Assembly: GCA_041571435.1 (NCBI GenBank)
Contig: JBFFUI010000004.1
Location: 1-64,000, forward strand
DNA length: 64,000 bases
Direction: 5' to 3'
From: Sulfurimonadaceae bacterium
Lineage (GTDB): Bacteria > Campylobacterota > Campylobacteria > Campylobacterales > Sulfurimonadaceae
In this document: one piece after another, positions 1 to 9,522 of the stretch
Position numbering within the stretch: the stretch's first letter is position 1
Layout of the letters: the number at the start of each line of letters is the position of its first letter
The notes under the pieces: generated by a model
Told to the model about the DNA's origin: nothing
Database searches by the model: none
The model's input: the letters and a program-made list of their open reading frames with translations, nothing else
Program-made: the position numbers and the translations under genes

Positions 1-4
1 GATT

Positions 5-123
5 GTCTAGGTGGCTATAGAGAGAGGGAAACGCCTGGCTCCATTCCGAACCCAGAAGCTAAGCCTCCCTTCGCTGATAATACTGCACCTTTCAGGTGTG
101 GAAACGTAGGTCGCCGCCTAGTT
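5..123 (+). rRNA. rrf: 5S ribosomal RNA (end of an rRNA operon lying upstream of the window)
   Basis: Conserved 5S motifs CCATTCCGAACCCAGAAGCTAAGC and GTAGGTCGCCGCC; terminal helix CTAGGTGGC (7-15) pairs with GCCGCCTAG (113-121). Confidence 0.95.
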
Positions 124-370
124 CTCGGATTAATCTTTCACTTCTATCACTACTTAAACATCAAACAATATAAACTTTTTAACAGTACATTCTTACGCGT
201 TTGTCTGCGTATTCATTTCTTTGCATAGGCTGTATCCACCTTTTATTACAAAAACTTATTAACTAATCACTTTTTTTCTATCAATATTGATGACAGTTGA
301 TTATTCTTTTATATATTTATATAGACTTGTAGGATTTTAATAGTCAATTTGATTATGGTATATATTTGGC

Positions 371-376
371 TATAAT
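371..376 (+). promoter_or_regulatory. Sigma70 -10 box (TATAAT) for the 403-4733 operon
   Basis: TATAAT in an AT-rich spacer about 27 nt before the GTG start; typical of Campylobacterota promoters. Confidence 0.55.
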
Positions 377-402
377 AAAACATTATTATTGGGGTTGTTA
401 GT

Positions 403-666
403 GTGGTAAAGTCTCTTCTACTTTTATTTCTATCGGTACCTGTCGCTTTCGCACATAGTGATCATACAATCGAAAAGATATGTAAAGAACTAAAGCTGGT
501 GCCTGCCTCCAAAGCTATTGTACAGTGGGAACGTGTGTTCAGCAGTGAAAAGCGTATGAAACGCTACCGTATCGATCAGCTCTCACCGGAAGTACAGAAA
601 GAACTAGAAATCTACTTAATACAACATGCTGCTGATTCTTCGCAGCCAATGGTCCCGGGTTTGTAA
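403..666 (+). CDS. Small exported protein resembling the small cytochrome c-like partners of DUF3373 porins, but lacking CxxCH
   Basis: Signal peptide ending AFA; PASKAIVQWERVF and YLIQHAADSSQP motifs; only one Cys; 3 nt upstream of the DUF3373 gene. Confidence 0.7.
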   Translation: MVKSLLLLFLSVPVAFAHSDHTIEKICKELKLVPASKAIVQWERVFSSEKRMKRYRIDQLSPEVQKELEIYLIQHAADSSQPMVPGL

Positions 667-669
667 AGG

Positions 670-2103
670 ATGTTGATGCGATTTATATTTTTATTGATCC
701 CATTATTGCTCTCTGCTGATATTGATGAAGACAGGATCAAACGTTTAGAAGCTCGAATAGCACAATTGGAAGGTGAACAGAACAACACGGTATCGACACT
801 GGAAGACATGGAGATCGTTGTTGACAGTGTCGAACGCAAGTCTTTTATGGATGTTCTCGACTTCACACCAGAGGTCCGACTCCGTTTTGACAGAATGGAC
901 TATGAAGTAGGTGTTTTTGAACCGGGTATAGGAACACCAATTAAAGATGAAAACGGTATTGATATTCCAGGAACTAGAAATAGAGATGATTTTGACAAAG
1001 ACTTCGGTATCGCTTCATCCGTGCGCTTCAGACTTAATATGCGTGCGAATGTCCTGGATAATGCCTCTTTTTATGGCCGGTTGGTCTTTCAGCACTCGAC
1101 ACAGTCGAATGAGCGGTTGTGCATTTTATCACATGATATCAAGTCATCAGGCGCATTGACAGGTATTGATTTGGACCGTGCCTATTTTGATTACAAGTTA
1201 AATCCCTCTTCCGATTACCCGTTCATCTTCAGTCTGGGTATCCTGCCGACATCCGGCGGTACACCGATGCAGTACGGTGAAGTCAGAGCGAGACAATCCG
1301 TTTTTCCTGCTCTCGTATTTGACATGGACAGTTACGGTATGATCCTTACTACAGAGTTGACACATCTGTTTGGCGGCAAAAGCTTTTTGCGTGCTATTGT
1401 CGCACAGGCGTATACGTTAGACCCCAATATCTATCCGTATCAATGTAACCGCGAGACGATCGATAATGCCAATATCTACGGGCTCTACTTCGACACCAGG
1501 TTTACCTATAACTCTTTGTTGAGTCTCGGGGTCAACGTTCTTGACCATTTTAAAGCGCACCCTTATCTGGGTCCCGATGTATCGGCTAATGATGCGCATG
1601 ATCTCGGAACAATCGTCACCTTTGGTCTAGGCATGGATGTTAAACAGCTCGCCGGAAGCGGTTTGACAGCTTTTGCACATGGTGCAACATCACACGGTCA
1701 AAGCAACGGGAACATAGATGACTATGGACCAACGTCACCGATAAACTTTACGAATTCATCGTATGCCACTGGATCATTGATAGAAGATTGGGGGTATGCA
1801 CTCTATGCTGGCCTTCTTTATGATCTGACATCATCATGGACATTGGGCGGTGAATATAACTATGGAAGCAAATACTGGTTTGCCGCGACGCAGGGTGCTG
1901 AAGATATGTATAACAAACTGGCGACGCGGGGGCATGTCAGTGAGGGCTATCTGATCTGGAAACCCAACAGACACTTTTTTGCCAAAGCAGGGTATATGTA
2001 TTCATATGAGGACTATACCGGTTCCGGCTGGCACTTTGGCGAACCGATAGAAAAAGGCGGCAGACAACATGTTAGTTACCTGCAAATGAATGCGAGCTTC
2101 TAG
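670..2103 (+). CDS. DUF3373 family outer-membrane beta-barrel (porin-like) protein
   Basis: Signal peptide, N-terminal coiled coil, RFRLNMRA, DRAYFDY, EYNYGSKYW, KLATRG and YTGSGWHFG motifs, C-terminal Phe. Confidence 0.85.
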   Translation: MLMRFIFLLIPLLLSADIDEDRIKRLEARIAQLEGEQNNTVSTLEDMEIVVDSVERKSFMDVLDFTPEVRLRFDRMDYEVGVFEPGIGTPIKDENGIDIPGTRNRDDFDKDFGIASSVRFRLNMRANVLDNASFYGRLVFQHSTQSNERLCILSHDIKSSGALTGIDLDRAYFDYKLNPSSDYPFIFSLGILPTSGGTPMQYGEVRARQSVFPALVFDMDSYGMILTTELTHLFGGKSFLRAIVAQAYTLDPNIYPYQCNRETIDNANIYGLYFDTRFTYNSLLSLGVNVLDHFKAHPYLGPDVSANDAHDLGTIVTFGLGMDVKQLAGSGLTAFAHGATSHGQSNGNIDDYGPTSPINFTNSSYATGSLIEDWGYALYAGLLYDLTSSWTLGGEYNYGSKYWFAATQGAEDMYNKLATRGHVSEGYLIWKPNRHFFAKAGYMYSYEDYTGSGWHFGEPIEKGGRQHVSYLQMNASF

Positions 2104-4071
2104 ATGAACCTACGAATCAGCAGTTACATATTGATCTTCATCTCTATTTTCTTGTTCATCATCCCTCTTTATATCGGGAACAGTGCCCTGTCCAAATCTA
2201 CAGAAGTGGTTGAGAATATCCAGGAAGATCTGCTGGAGATGGTAGAACTGACATATGCCATCGAGCATAATGTCTATAAGCACCGTAACGCGCTTTTGGA
2301 GAAGATTATAAAAAACGAGGCGGTTGATTTGGAGTTGGAGGGGTTGGATCTTGAAGAGAACATAGCGCTTCTTGATACGACGATCAACAAAACCAAGGAT
2401 ACTGAGCTCAAATCCATTCTCAGCCGTCTGCAGAAACGGATTGTTGCGTTTGGATATGTCGAAGAGTCTATGGTTGAGGCATGGGATTCAAAAAACCACA
2501 TAGATTTTGAGGATGCACTGGCCGGATACAGCAGCGTTGCCCGAAAAGTAGCAAGCGATGTGGTCGAACTGCAGGACTTGAGCGGTATCCATCTTAATGA
2601 TGCGATTGCTGAAGTCCGTGAGGGTACCGAAGAGGTCAAAGCTAATGTGACCTACTCTGTATTTGGCGGCATCGCCCTCCTGCTTTTTGCTTTTTACTCG
2701 ATGCAGCGGCTCAACACAAAGTACAAAGTCCAGACGGAACGTGCGTTGGAGGCGGAAAAGGAACAGAGGAAGCTTCAACAAAAACTGGAGAATTACTCGT
2801 TAGACCTTGAGCGGGATGTGGCTAAAAAAACAGAAGAGCTGGATCACCGTTACTATCATCATCCGTTGACGCAATTGCCAAACCGTAACCGTCTGATTGA
2901 GGACATCAAATCGATGGGCGCTATCAACATCGCGCTGTTCAACCTGGACAAATTTCAGGAGTTTAATGACTATTTCGGTGAAGAGCTTGGAAATGTCGCG
3001 ATCAAAGAGATGGCAAAGTTCTTTCAGGAGAGTACGCCGGATTCGTGCAGGCTCTACCACATCAATGGTGATGAATTTGCCTTTGTCAACACTAAAGTAG
3101 CTCTCAAAGATAAGTTTATAAAAGGGATAAAAGGGTTGCAAAAGAGCCTTAACTCAAAGCAGTTTTCCTATGGTGATGAAGTGTACATCCTGATGGCAAG
3201 TGTCGGGATCGCTTCAAGCAGCGTGAACCAGCTGGCCTGTGCCGACATCGCACTGAAAGAGGCAAAGAAACACCATTCCGGACTGGCAGTCTATAACTCA
3301 TCGATGGAGATGGAAAAGGCTTATGAAAAGAACCTGCTCTGTTCCAAGAAGCTGGTCCAGGCGATGGAACGAGATAATATCGTACCTTATTATCAAGCGA
3401 TTGTTCCACTTAAAGACAGTAGTATGCCGATTCGCCATGAAGGGTTGGTCCGTATGATAGAAGAAGACGGAACGGTAACACCGCCTTTTCAATTTCTTGA
3501 TATCGCCAAACGATTGCGCCTCTATCCTAAGGTAACCCGGACAATGTTCTACAAGGTACTTGATACGATCCAGAAAGAGAAGATCGCGATCTCCATCAAC
3601 CTCTCTGTAGACGATCTGAACAATAACGATATTGTCAGTATGATCATCAACACGCTCAGCTCGTTCGAATATAATCATCTAGTGACCTTTGAGATCCTCG
3701 AAACTGAGGCAATGGAAAACTATGGCGATGTCCAACTCTTTATTGATTCGGTACGTTTCCACGGTGCCAAAGTCGCCATAGATGATTTCGGATCGGGGTA
3801 TTCCAACTTTTCGCATATCTTAAACATGCATGTCGATTATATAAAGATCGATGCCTCACTGATCTCAAATGTTGATACGGACAAGAACTCCAGATTGATG
3901 GTCGAGACTATTGTCAAGCTTGCCCGTCAGTTGGATATTGAAACCGTGGCCGAGTTTGTGAGTACTGAAGAGATATACAACACGGTCAAAGAACTTGGCG
4001 TCGATTGGGCGCAGGGCTATTGGCTGGGTAAACCGGTATCACTTGATGAGATGCTTAAGAGCATTGCCTGA
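2104..4071 (+). CDS. Membrane-anchored GGDEF-EAL protein (probable c-di-GMP phosphodiesterase) with periplasmic helical sensor
   Basis: Two TM segments flank a helical domain; LTQLPNR and variant NGDEF; EGLVRM, IDDFGSGYS, KID and AEFV EAL motifs. Confidence 0.9.
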   Translation: MNLRISSYILIFISIFLFIIPLYIGNSALSKSTEVVENIQEDLLEMVELTYAIEHNVYKHRNALLEKIIKNEAVDLELEGLDLEENIALLDTTINKTKDTELKSILSRLQKRIVAFGYVEESMVEAWDSKNHIDFEDALAGYSSVARKVASDVVELQDLSGIHLNDAIAEVREGTEEVKANVTYSVFGGIALLLFAFYSMQRLNTKYKVQTERALEAEKEQRKLQQKLENYSLDLERDVAKKTEELDHRYYHHPLTQLPNRNRLIEDIKSMGAINIALFNLDKFQEFNDYFGEELGNVAIKEMAKFFQESTPDSCRLYHINGDEFAFVNTKVALKDKFIKGIKGLQKSLNSKQFSYGDEVYILMASVGIASSSVNQLACADIALKEAKKHHSGLAVYNSSMEMEKAYEKNLLCSKKLVQAMERDNIVPYYQAIVPLKDSSMPIRHEGLVRMIEEDGTVTPPFQFLDIAKRLRLYPKVTRTMFYKVLDTIQKEKIAISINLSVDDLNNNDIVSMIINTLSSFEYNHLVTFEILETEAMENYGDVQLFIDSVRFHGAKVAIDDFGSGYSNFSHILNMHVDYIKIDASLISNVDTDKNSRLMVETIVKLARQLDIETVAEFVSTEEIYNTVKELGVDWAQGYWLGKPVSLDEMLKSIA

Positions 4072-4733
4072 TGCACGAGCAGAGCAGCTGGCGAAATAAA
4101 CTCTCTTCAGAATTTGAGAAAGAGTATTTTAAAGACCTGATCAAGTTCCTTCGTGACGAAGAGGTGTCGCAGACGATCCTCCCCCCTAAAAAAGAGCGTT
4201 TCAGTGCGTATAACATCACCCCGTTTGAAAATGTAAAAGTCGTCATCTTGGGCCAAGATCCCTATCACGGCCTTGAACAGGCTCACGGTCTTTCGTTCTC
4301 CGTCAAAGGGGAGCAGCCGCTGCCGCCATCACTGAAAAACATCTTTAAAGAGTTAGTCGATGATATTGGCTGTGCGATGCCGAAAGAAGGTGATCTTACC
4401 CATTGGGCAGAGCAGGGTGTGTTTTTGCTTAATGTCGTTTTGAGTGTGCAGGTGTCTCAGGCCGGTTCGCATCAGCAGAAGGGATGGGAAGCGTTTACCG
4501 ATGCAACGATAAAGCTTTTGAGTGATGAGAAAGAGCACCTGGTCTTCATATTGTGGGGAAAACCGGCGCAAAGCAAAGAGAAGCTGATCGACACCAACAA
4601 ACATCTTGTCCTGAAAGCACCGCATCCCTCACCGCTCTCGGCATACCGAGGGTTCTTTGGCTCGAAACCCTTCTCAAAGACCAACGACTATCTTCGCACC
4701 AACGGCATCACACCGATCGATTGGGCCTTATAG
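4071..4733 (+). CDS. ung: Uracil-DNA glycosylase (family 1)
   Basis: GQDPYH and HPSPLS catalytic motifs; TGATG overlap with the upstream gene. Confidence 0.97.
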   Translation: MHEQSSWRNKLSSEFEKEYFKDLIKFLRDEEVSQTILPPKKERFSAYNITPFENVKVVILGQDPYHGLEQAHGLSFSVKGEQPLPPSLKNIFKELVDDIGCAMPKEGDLTHWAEQGVFLLNVVLSVQVSQAGSHQQKGWEAFTDATIKLLSDEKEHLVFILWGKPAQSKEKLIDTNKHLVLKAPHPSPLSAYRGFFGSKPFSKTNDYLRTNGITPIDWAL

Positions 4734-4756
4734 CGCTCCGAAAAGGCCTTGTGCTC

Positions 4757-5761
4757 TCAGCGTATTGAAAAGAGGGCAGAGATGGGAAGATGGTCCGAGT
4801 AGCCTCGTGCCATATGGTGTTTCGGATAGTTTCGGCTGCGTTGCCATCGGTAGATCTTTTTGTTTTTGTAAAGATAGGCCGGTTCAAATTTTTGAAAACT
4901 GCCGCTGACGTACTCGATTCCCTTGCCGTCGTTTAGTTTTGGGGAGATAATAAGACTGTCCAGCCCCTCACCCCTGCCACGATATTTATGGCTCCATCGG
5001 CTCTCTGGTGGCAGTTCATACCAGAGGTTGTAGGCACAACCGTTACATGACTTCAGGTCGTTCAGTGTGACCGGTCTGTTGTTGCTGAGTGTCTGAAGGA
5101 TATGGTTGATTCCCGTAATACCGTCGGTGTCATTGTGCTTTCGTTTTCGCACAAAGGTCTCGTACTCTCTGTAATCCGAGTTGAAATCACCCAACAGGAT
5201 GTAGTTGACATCTCCCAGGGTGTTCAGTCGCTCTTTTAACACCTTGGCCGAGACAATACGTTTGCTCTCGGGACCGGACTTGGACTTCCAGTGGTTGACG
5301 AAGAGGTAGAGGGTCTCAGTGCCCAGCTGCACCTTTGCTTCGAGGATGTTACGGTATTTGTATGCGGCCGTGACACGCAGCTCTTTGGTCTGCAGCGGGT
5401 ATTTTGAAAGCAGCGCGACTTTGACTGTCGTATCTTTGGATGAGGCGATGGCGTAATACGGAAAATAGAGCCCGTCGCGCTGTAGCTGCGCTTTGAGGTC
5501 TTTAAGCGCCTGCAGTGATTCGATCTCCTGCAAAGCGATGATGTCCGGAGCCATATCGACAATGACCTTGGCGATGTTTTTGAGTTTGACACGGTAGGTG
5601 TCACTGTTCCATCGCCACGAGGTGTTGGGGATATACTCTTCATACTCATGGCCGCTGTAGTTGAGATCGAAAAGGTTTTCGACATTGTAGGTGGCTATTT
5701 TCATTTCAGCTCCTGAAAGTGCGATGGCCAGCCATAAAAAAAGCGGGAGAAGTTTTTTCAC
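4757..5761 (-). CDS. Exported endonuclease/exonuclease/phosphatase family protein
   Basis: Signal peptide; TYNVENLFD, LQEIE, NHWKSK, GDFNS and SDHLP motifs. Confidence 0.9.
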   Translation of the reverse strand: MKKLLPLFLWLAIALSGAEMKIATYNVENLFDLNYSGHEYEEYIPNTSWRWNSDTYRVKLKNIAKVIVDMAPDIIALQEIESLQALKDLKAQLQRDGLYFPYYAIASSKDTTVKVALLSKYPLQTKELRVTAAYKYRNILEAKVQLGTETLYLFVNHWKSKSGPESKRIVSAKVLKERLNTLGDVNYILLGDFNSDYREYETFVRKRKHNDTDGITGINHILQTLSNNRPVTLNDLKSCNGCAYNLWYELPPESRWSHKYRGRGEGLDSLIISPKLNDGKGIEYVSGSFQKFEPAYLYKNKKIYRWQRSRNYPKHHMARGYSDHLPISALFSIR

Positions 5762-7713
5762 CCGATCCCATTTAGGCGTAACAGACTCTGTGTCTGAGGT
5801 TCACGGCCGAGCAGCTCTTTAAAGAGTACCTGCATGCTCTGTGATCCCCCTTTGGAAAGGATGATGTCCAGGTAATCCCTGCCGAGTTTTGTGTCGAAGA
5901 TACCCTGGTCGACAATGGCAAAAAACGCGTCAGCACTCAGAACCTCCGCCCACTTGTACGAGTAGTATCCGGCCGCGTAACCGCCGGCAAAGATATGTGA
6001 AAACCCGTTCTGGAACTTGTTGTAGCTTGGCGGCGTGATCAGTGCGGTCTTCTGGCGTACACGGTCAAGAAGGTTCTGGACCTCATTGCCTTGATAGAGG
6101 CTCAGGTGCAGCTTGAAGTCAAAGAGCGAGAACTCGAGCTGACGCAGCATGCCCATGGCGGATTGGAAGTTCTTGGCACGGACCAGCTTCTCTATCATCA
6201 GGTCGCTCAGTATCTCACTGCTTTCATGGTGTTTTGCAAAGAGTTTAAGCACTTCCGGCTCATACGCAAAGTTTTCCAAAAACTGTGACGGGAACTCGAC
6301 CGCATCCCACTCGACACCGTTAACACCGCTTACACCGTTCTCATTGACGGTAGAGAACATATGGTGCAGAGCATGACCCATTTCGTGAAAAAGGGTGACC
6401 ACGTCATCATGGCGTAGTAGAGAAGGGCTCTTTTCCGATGACGGCGGGAAGTTACAAACGACGAAAGCAGAGGCAAGCTGCTCATGACCGTTCTCGTCTT
6501 TGCAGTGGCTCTGCCAGTTGTGCATCCAGGCACCGCCGCGTTTGCTCTCGCGGGCCTCAAGGTCCAGGTAGAGACGGGAACGAAGCGTATCATCGACATA
6601 GAGGTCGTAGGCTCGCGCTTTATCGTCCCACAGTGCCACCTCCGCCTCTCGGAAACTCACCCCGAAAAGGCGGTGCAGAAAGACGAACATCCCCTCCACG
6701 ACAGAGTTCTGCTCAAAGTAGGGACGGTATGCCTCTTCATCGATGTCATATTTCTCTTTTTTCAGGATCTCGCTGTAGTAGGCGGTGTCAAAGCTCTCGA
6801 GCGGCGTTTCGCTCATCTCTTTCAACACTTTTAATTCGTCCTGACCCTGCTGGTGTGCATTGGCCGCAAGCTCTTCCAGAAAGTCGATGACGCTCTGCGT
6901 TGTCGGTGCCATCTTGGTGGCGATGGAGTACTCGGCGAAGCTGGTAAAACCAAGCAGTTGGGCTCTCTCCATCTTCAAGGCAAGCAGCTCATCGATGATC
7001 GCAGCGTTCTGGGGTGCTCTGGAGGTGTAGGCACGGTAAAGCTCCTCTCTGTACCCGCGGTTTGGCCCGTAGGTCATATAGGCGATGTATGAAGGCATCT
7101 GCAGGGTGAAACGATAGACGGTCTTACCCTCTTTCTCTGTTTTGGCTGCCTCGATGTCACTTTTCGGCAGCCCTTTGACATCCTCGGCATCTTCGATCAG
7201 CAATTCATAGGCATTGGTGGCATCAAGCAGGTTCTGCGAGAAGGCGTTGGTAAGTTCGCTTTTGCGCAGATTGATCGCTTTTAGACGCTCTTTGGGACCG
7301 AGGTCAAGATGCGCACCGGAGAGCTCAAAACCCTGGATGTTCAGGTCGACAACGCGTTGCTGTTCCTGGTTGAGCGAGCTGTACTCTCTCTCTTTGATGA
7401 TCTTGAACGCTTCATAGATCGCAAGGTTGTGCCCGATCTCTGTAGAGTATTCGGTCAGGATAGGCAGGGCATCTGCATAGACCTTTTGGGTTGTCTCGGA
7501 GTTGTTGACGGCATTGAGGTGCGAGAGCGGCGTGAAGAAGTGGTCAAGCCGTTCATCCATCATCTCAAAGGGTTTGACAAAGTTCTGGTAACTCTTCTCT
7601 TTGATGTCGAGAAGCTGTATGAGTGTTTTACGGTTCCGGTCAAGGTGGTCGTTAAGTTCGCTGATAAAGCTGTCGAGGTTGGTCTGAAAAGGGATAAAAG
7701 GTGATTTGCTCAT
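5758..7713 (-). CDS. prlC: M3 family metallopeptidase (oligopeptidase A)
   Basis: FHEMGHALH zinc motif, DAVEFPSQ, HIFAGGYAAGYYSYKWAEVL. Confidence 0.92.
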   Translation of the reverse strand: MSKSPFIPFQTNLDSFISELNDHLDRNRKTLIQLLDIKEKSYQNFVKPFEMMDERLDHFFTPLSHLNAVNNSETTQKVYADALPILTEYSTEIGHNLAIYEAFKIIKEREYSSLNQEQQRVVDLNIQGFELSGAHLDLGPKERLKAINLRKSELTNAFSQNLLDATNAYELLIEDAEDVKGLPKSDIEAAKTEKEGKTVYRFTLQMPSYIAYMTYGPNRGYREELYRAYTSRAPQNAAIIDELLALKMERAQLLGFTSFAEYSIATKMAPTTQSVIDFLEELAANAHQQGQDELKVLKEMSETPLESFDTAYYSEILKKEKYDIDEEAYRPYFEQNSVVEGMFVFLHRLFGVSFREAEVALWDDKARAYDLYVDDTLRSRLYLDLEARESKRGGAWMHNWQSHCKDENGHEQLASAFVVCNFPPSSEKSPSLLRHDDVVTLFHEMGHALHHMFSTVNENGVSGVNGVEWDAVEFPSQFLENFAYEPEVLKLFAKHHESSEILSDLMIEKLVRAKNFQSAMGMLRQLEFSLFDFKLHLSLYQGNEVQNLLDRVRQKTALITPPSYNKFQNGFSHIFAGGYAAGYYSYKWAEVLSADAFFAIVDQGIFDTKLGRDYLDIILSKGGSQSMQVLFKELLGREPQTQSLLRLNGIG

Positions 7714-7854
7714 AAGAATCCTGCTGTTTATTGTTGTTGTGTTCTTTGAATAAAACAGATATGCAATATCTATTCAAAGATCTCTATTGTTAATGAATAT
7801 TAGTCTATTAAAGTTAATCTGCTTATAATTATTGCATAAAAATGAGGACAAAAC

Positions 7855-8424
7855 ATGAAACGACTGCTTATGACACTGCTAGCAACAGCAGGGCTCTTAC
7901 AGGCGGAGTGCTGTCTTGAGATGGCTACGCCGGTGAAGGTTGAGTGGACAGCCTACAAAACACCCAAAAAAATCGGTGTTGACGGCGGTTTTCTGGCAAC
8001 CGTTTACCATGGTAAAAAAGAGGCCGCGGATCTTAAGGGCTTGCTGCTTCACAGCCGTGTTCAGCTCGAGGTCAACAATGTCGATACGAAGGACCCTTTC
8101 CGGGATGCGAAGCTGGTACAGTTCTTTTTCAACATGATGCAGGGGGCGGTGATCGAAGCGGATGTCGTGTCCATAGAAGGTGACGACATGAAGGGTACTC
8201 TAGTGGTCAATATCGCGATGAACAACCGCGCCATCGATGTGCCGCTGGCGTATAGTGTTGATTCGGGAAGGTTCCGGGCCAGGGGTGTTTTAAACCTTCT
8301 TGACTTTAATGCAGAGGAGCCGTTGAAGATGTTGACCCTCAACTGTTATGCACCACACGAAGGCAAGACCTGGGAAGATGTGACTGTTGGTTTCTCTTTT
8401 GATCTGGCTAAGCGCTGCGACTAG
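7855..8424 (+). CDS. YceI-like periplasmic lipid/isoprenoid-binding protein
   Basis: Signal peptide; WTAYKT..GV.G.F and VDTKDPFRD motifs. Confidence 0.8.
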   Translation: MKRLLMTLLATAGLLQAECCLEMATPVKVEWTAYKTPKKIGVDGGFLATVYHGKKEAADLKGLLLHSRVQLEVNNVDTKDPFRDAKLVQFFFNMMQGAVIEADVVSIEGDDMKGTLVVNIAMNNRAIDVPLAYSVDSGRFRARGVLNLLDFNAEEPLKMLTLNCYAPHEGKTWEDVTVGFSFDLAKRCD

Positions 8425-8430
8425 CCTTTT

Positions 8431-9522
8431 TTATAACTCGTTTTCATCTCGCATCGGGCGTGTCGCCCCGAACCTCTGTATCAGGATATCATCATACTTG
8501 TTTGCCGCTTTTCTGAGCCGTTCTAGACCGATCTTGCCCTCTTCAAAAGTCAATGAGGAATCGATGGTGAGATAAGAGAGGATGATGCTGTTTTCACTGA
8601 TGGAGAAGAGGAGGTAGTTGAAGGTGTCATTTTTGTCCAGCAGGTAGTCATACATCGCTTCGATGTTCTCTTTAGGCATGTTGCAGAGCAGGGCATCGGC
8701 CATGATAATGCCGTTCTCATAGAAGTTGAGATGGATACGGGCGCTGCCCTCGTCAAATTTCCAGCTGCGCTGACTCTCTCTGGCGATGGTGACATCGATA
8801 TGAAGGGCAGAAAGTATCTTTTCGATGAGGGCGACGACGCCGGATGGCCGGTAGCCCAGACGGCGCTGCTTGGCGACATCGAGTTTGACACCGCAGCTCG
8901 GGCAGAAGTCATTGATGATCTGCGCCTCTTCAATAAGGTTCTTGCAGGAGAAACAGCGGATGATATTCTTTTTGCCGAGGGCTTTAAAGGCGTCGATCGC
9001 TTCGCGGACATAGTAGTAGGGAAGGGCAAAGCCGAGGTTCTGTGTGTTGAGCAGGATAAAGGTGTTGACCCCGATGACTTCGCCGTCGGCATTGAGTACC
9101 GGACCGCCACTGTTTCCGGGGTTGATCGCGGCATCGATCTGAAGGTATTCGACGTCGCCCTCGAGCCTATTCGATTTGGAGACGATCCCCTCCGTTGTTG
9201 AGTAGTTGAGGCCGTAAGGGTGGCCGATAGCGATGGCGACATCCCCGTCGTGGACGGTTTCTGAACTCAGGACCAGATGATTGTCGATACGCATCTGCGG
9301 CCGTGCGATAAAGGCAAGGTCCAGGACCTGGTCATCATAGATGACGGCCGCCTTTTGGCGTTTGAGTGTCTTGGCCGAGATCACCACCTCTTTGAGACCG
9401 CTGACAACATGGGCGTTCGTGATGATGAGGTCATCGATGACAAAGCCGCTGCCGCTGCCGTATGGGGTGCTGATCTGGATGATGTTGTTGATGTAGGTCT
9501 GGAGTATGGTCTGTGTGTTCAT
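8431..9522 (-). CDS. Cytoplasmic trypsin-like (S1C) serine protease with Zn ribbon and C-terminal YbjN/CesT-like domain
   Basis: GSGF, TNAHVV, DLA and INPGNSGGP triad motifs; CFSC...CPSC; no signal peptide and no PDZ domain. Confidence 0.88.
   Translation of the reverse strand: MNTQTILQTYINNIIQISTPYGSGSGFVIDDLIITNAHVVSGLKEVVISAKTLKRQKAAVIYDDQVLDLAFIARPQMRIDNHLVLSSETVHDGDVAIAIGHPYGLNYSTTEGIVSKSNRLEGDVEYLQIDAAINPGNSGGPVLNADGEVIGVNTFILLNTQNLGFALPYYYVREAIDAFKALGKKNIIRCFSCKNLIEEAQIINDFCPSCGVKLDVAKQRRLGYRPSGVVALIEKILSALHIDVTIARESQRSWKFDEGSARIHLNFYENGIIMADALLCNMPKENIEAMYDYLLDKNDTFNYLLFSISENSIILSYLTIDSSLTFEEGKIGLERLRKAANKYDDILIQRFGATRPMRDENEL

Noticed and set aside
124-370. Possible tRNA or ncRNA after the 5S rRNA
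   Set aside because: AT-rich spacer without cloverleaf or T-loop motifs
4071-4733. Functional link between ung and the upstream c-di-GMP operon
   Set aside because: TGATG overlaps between unrelated genes are common in these compact genomes; no other support
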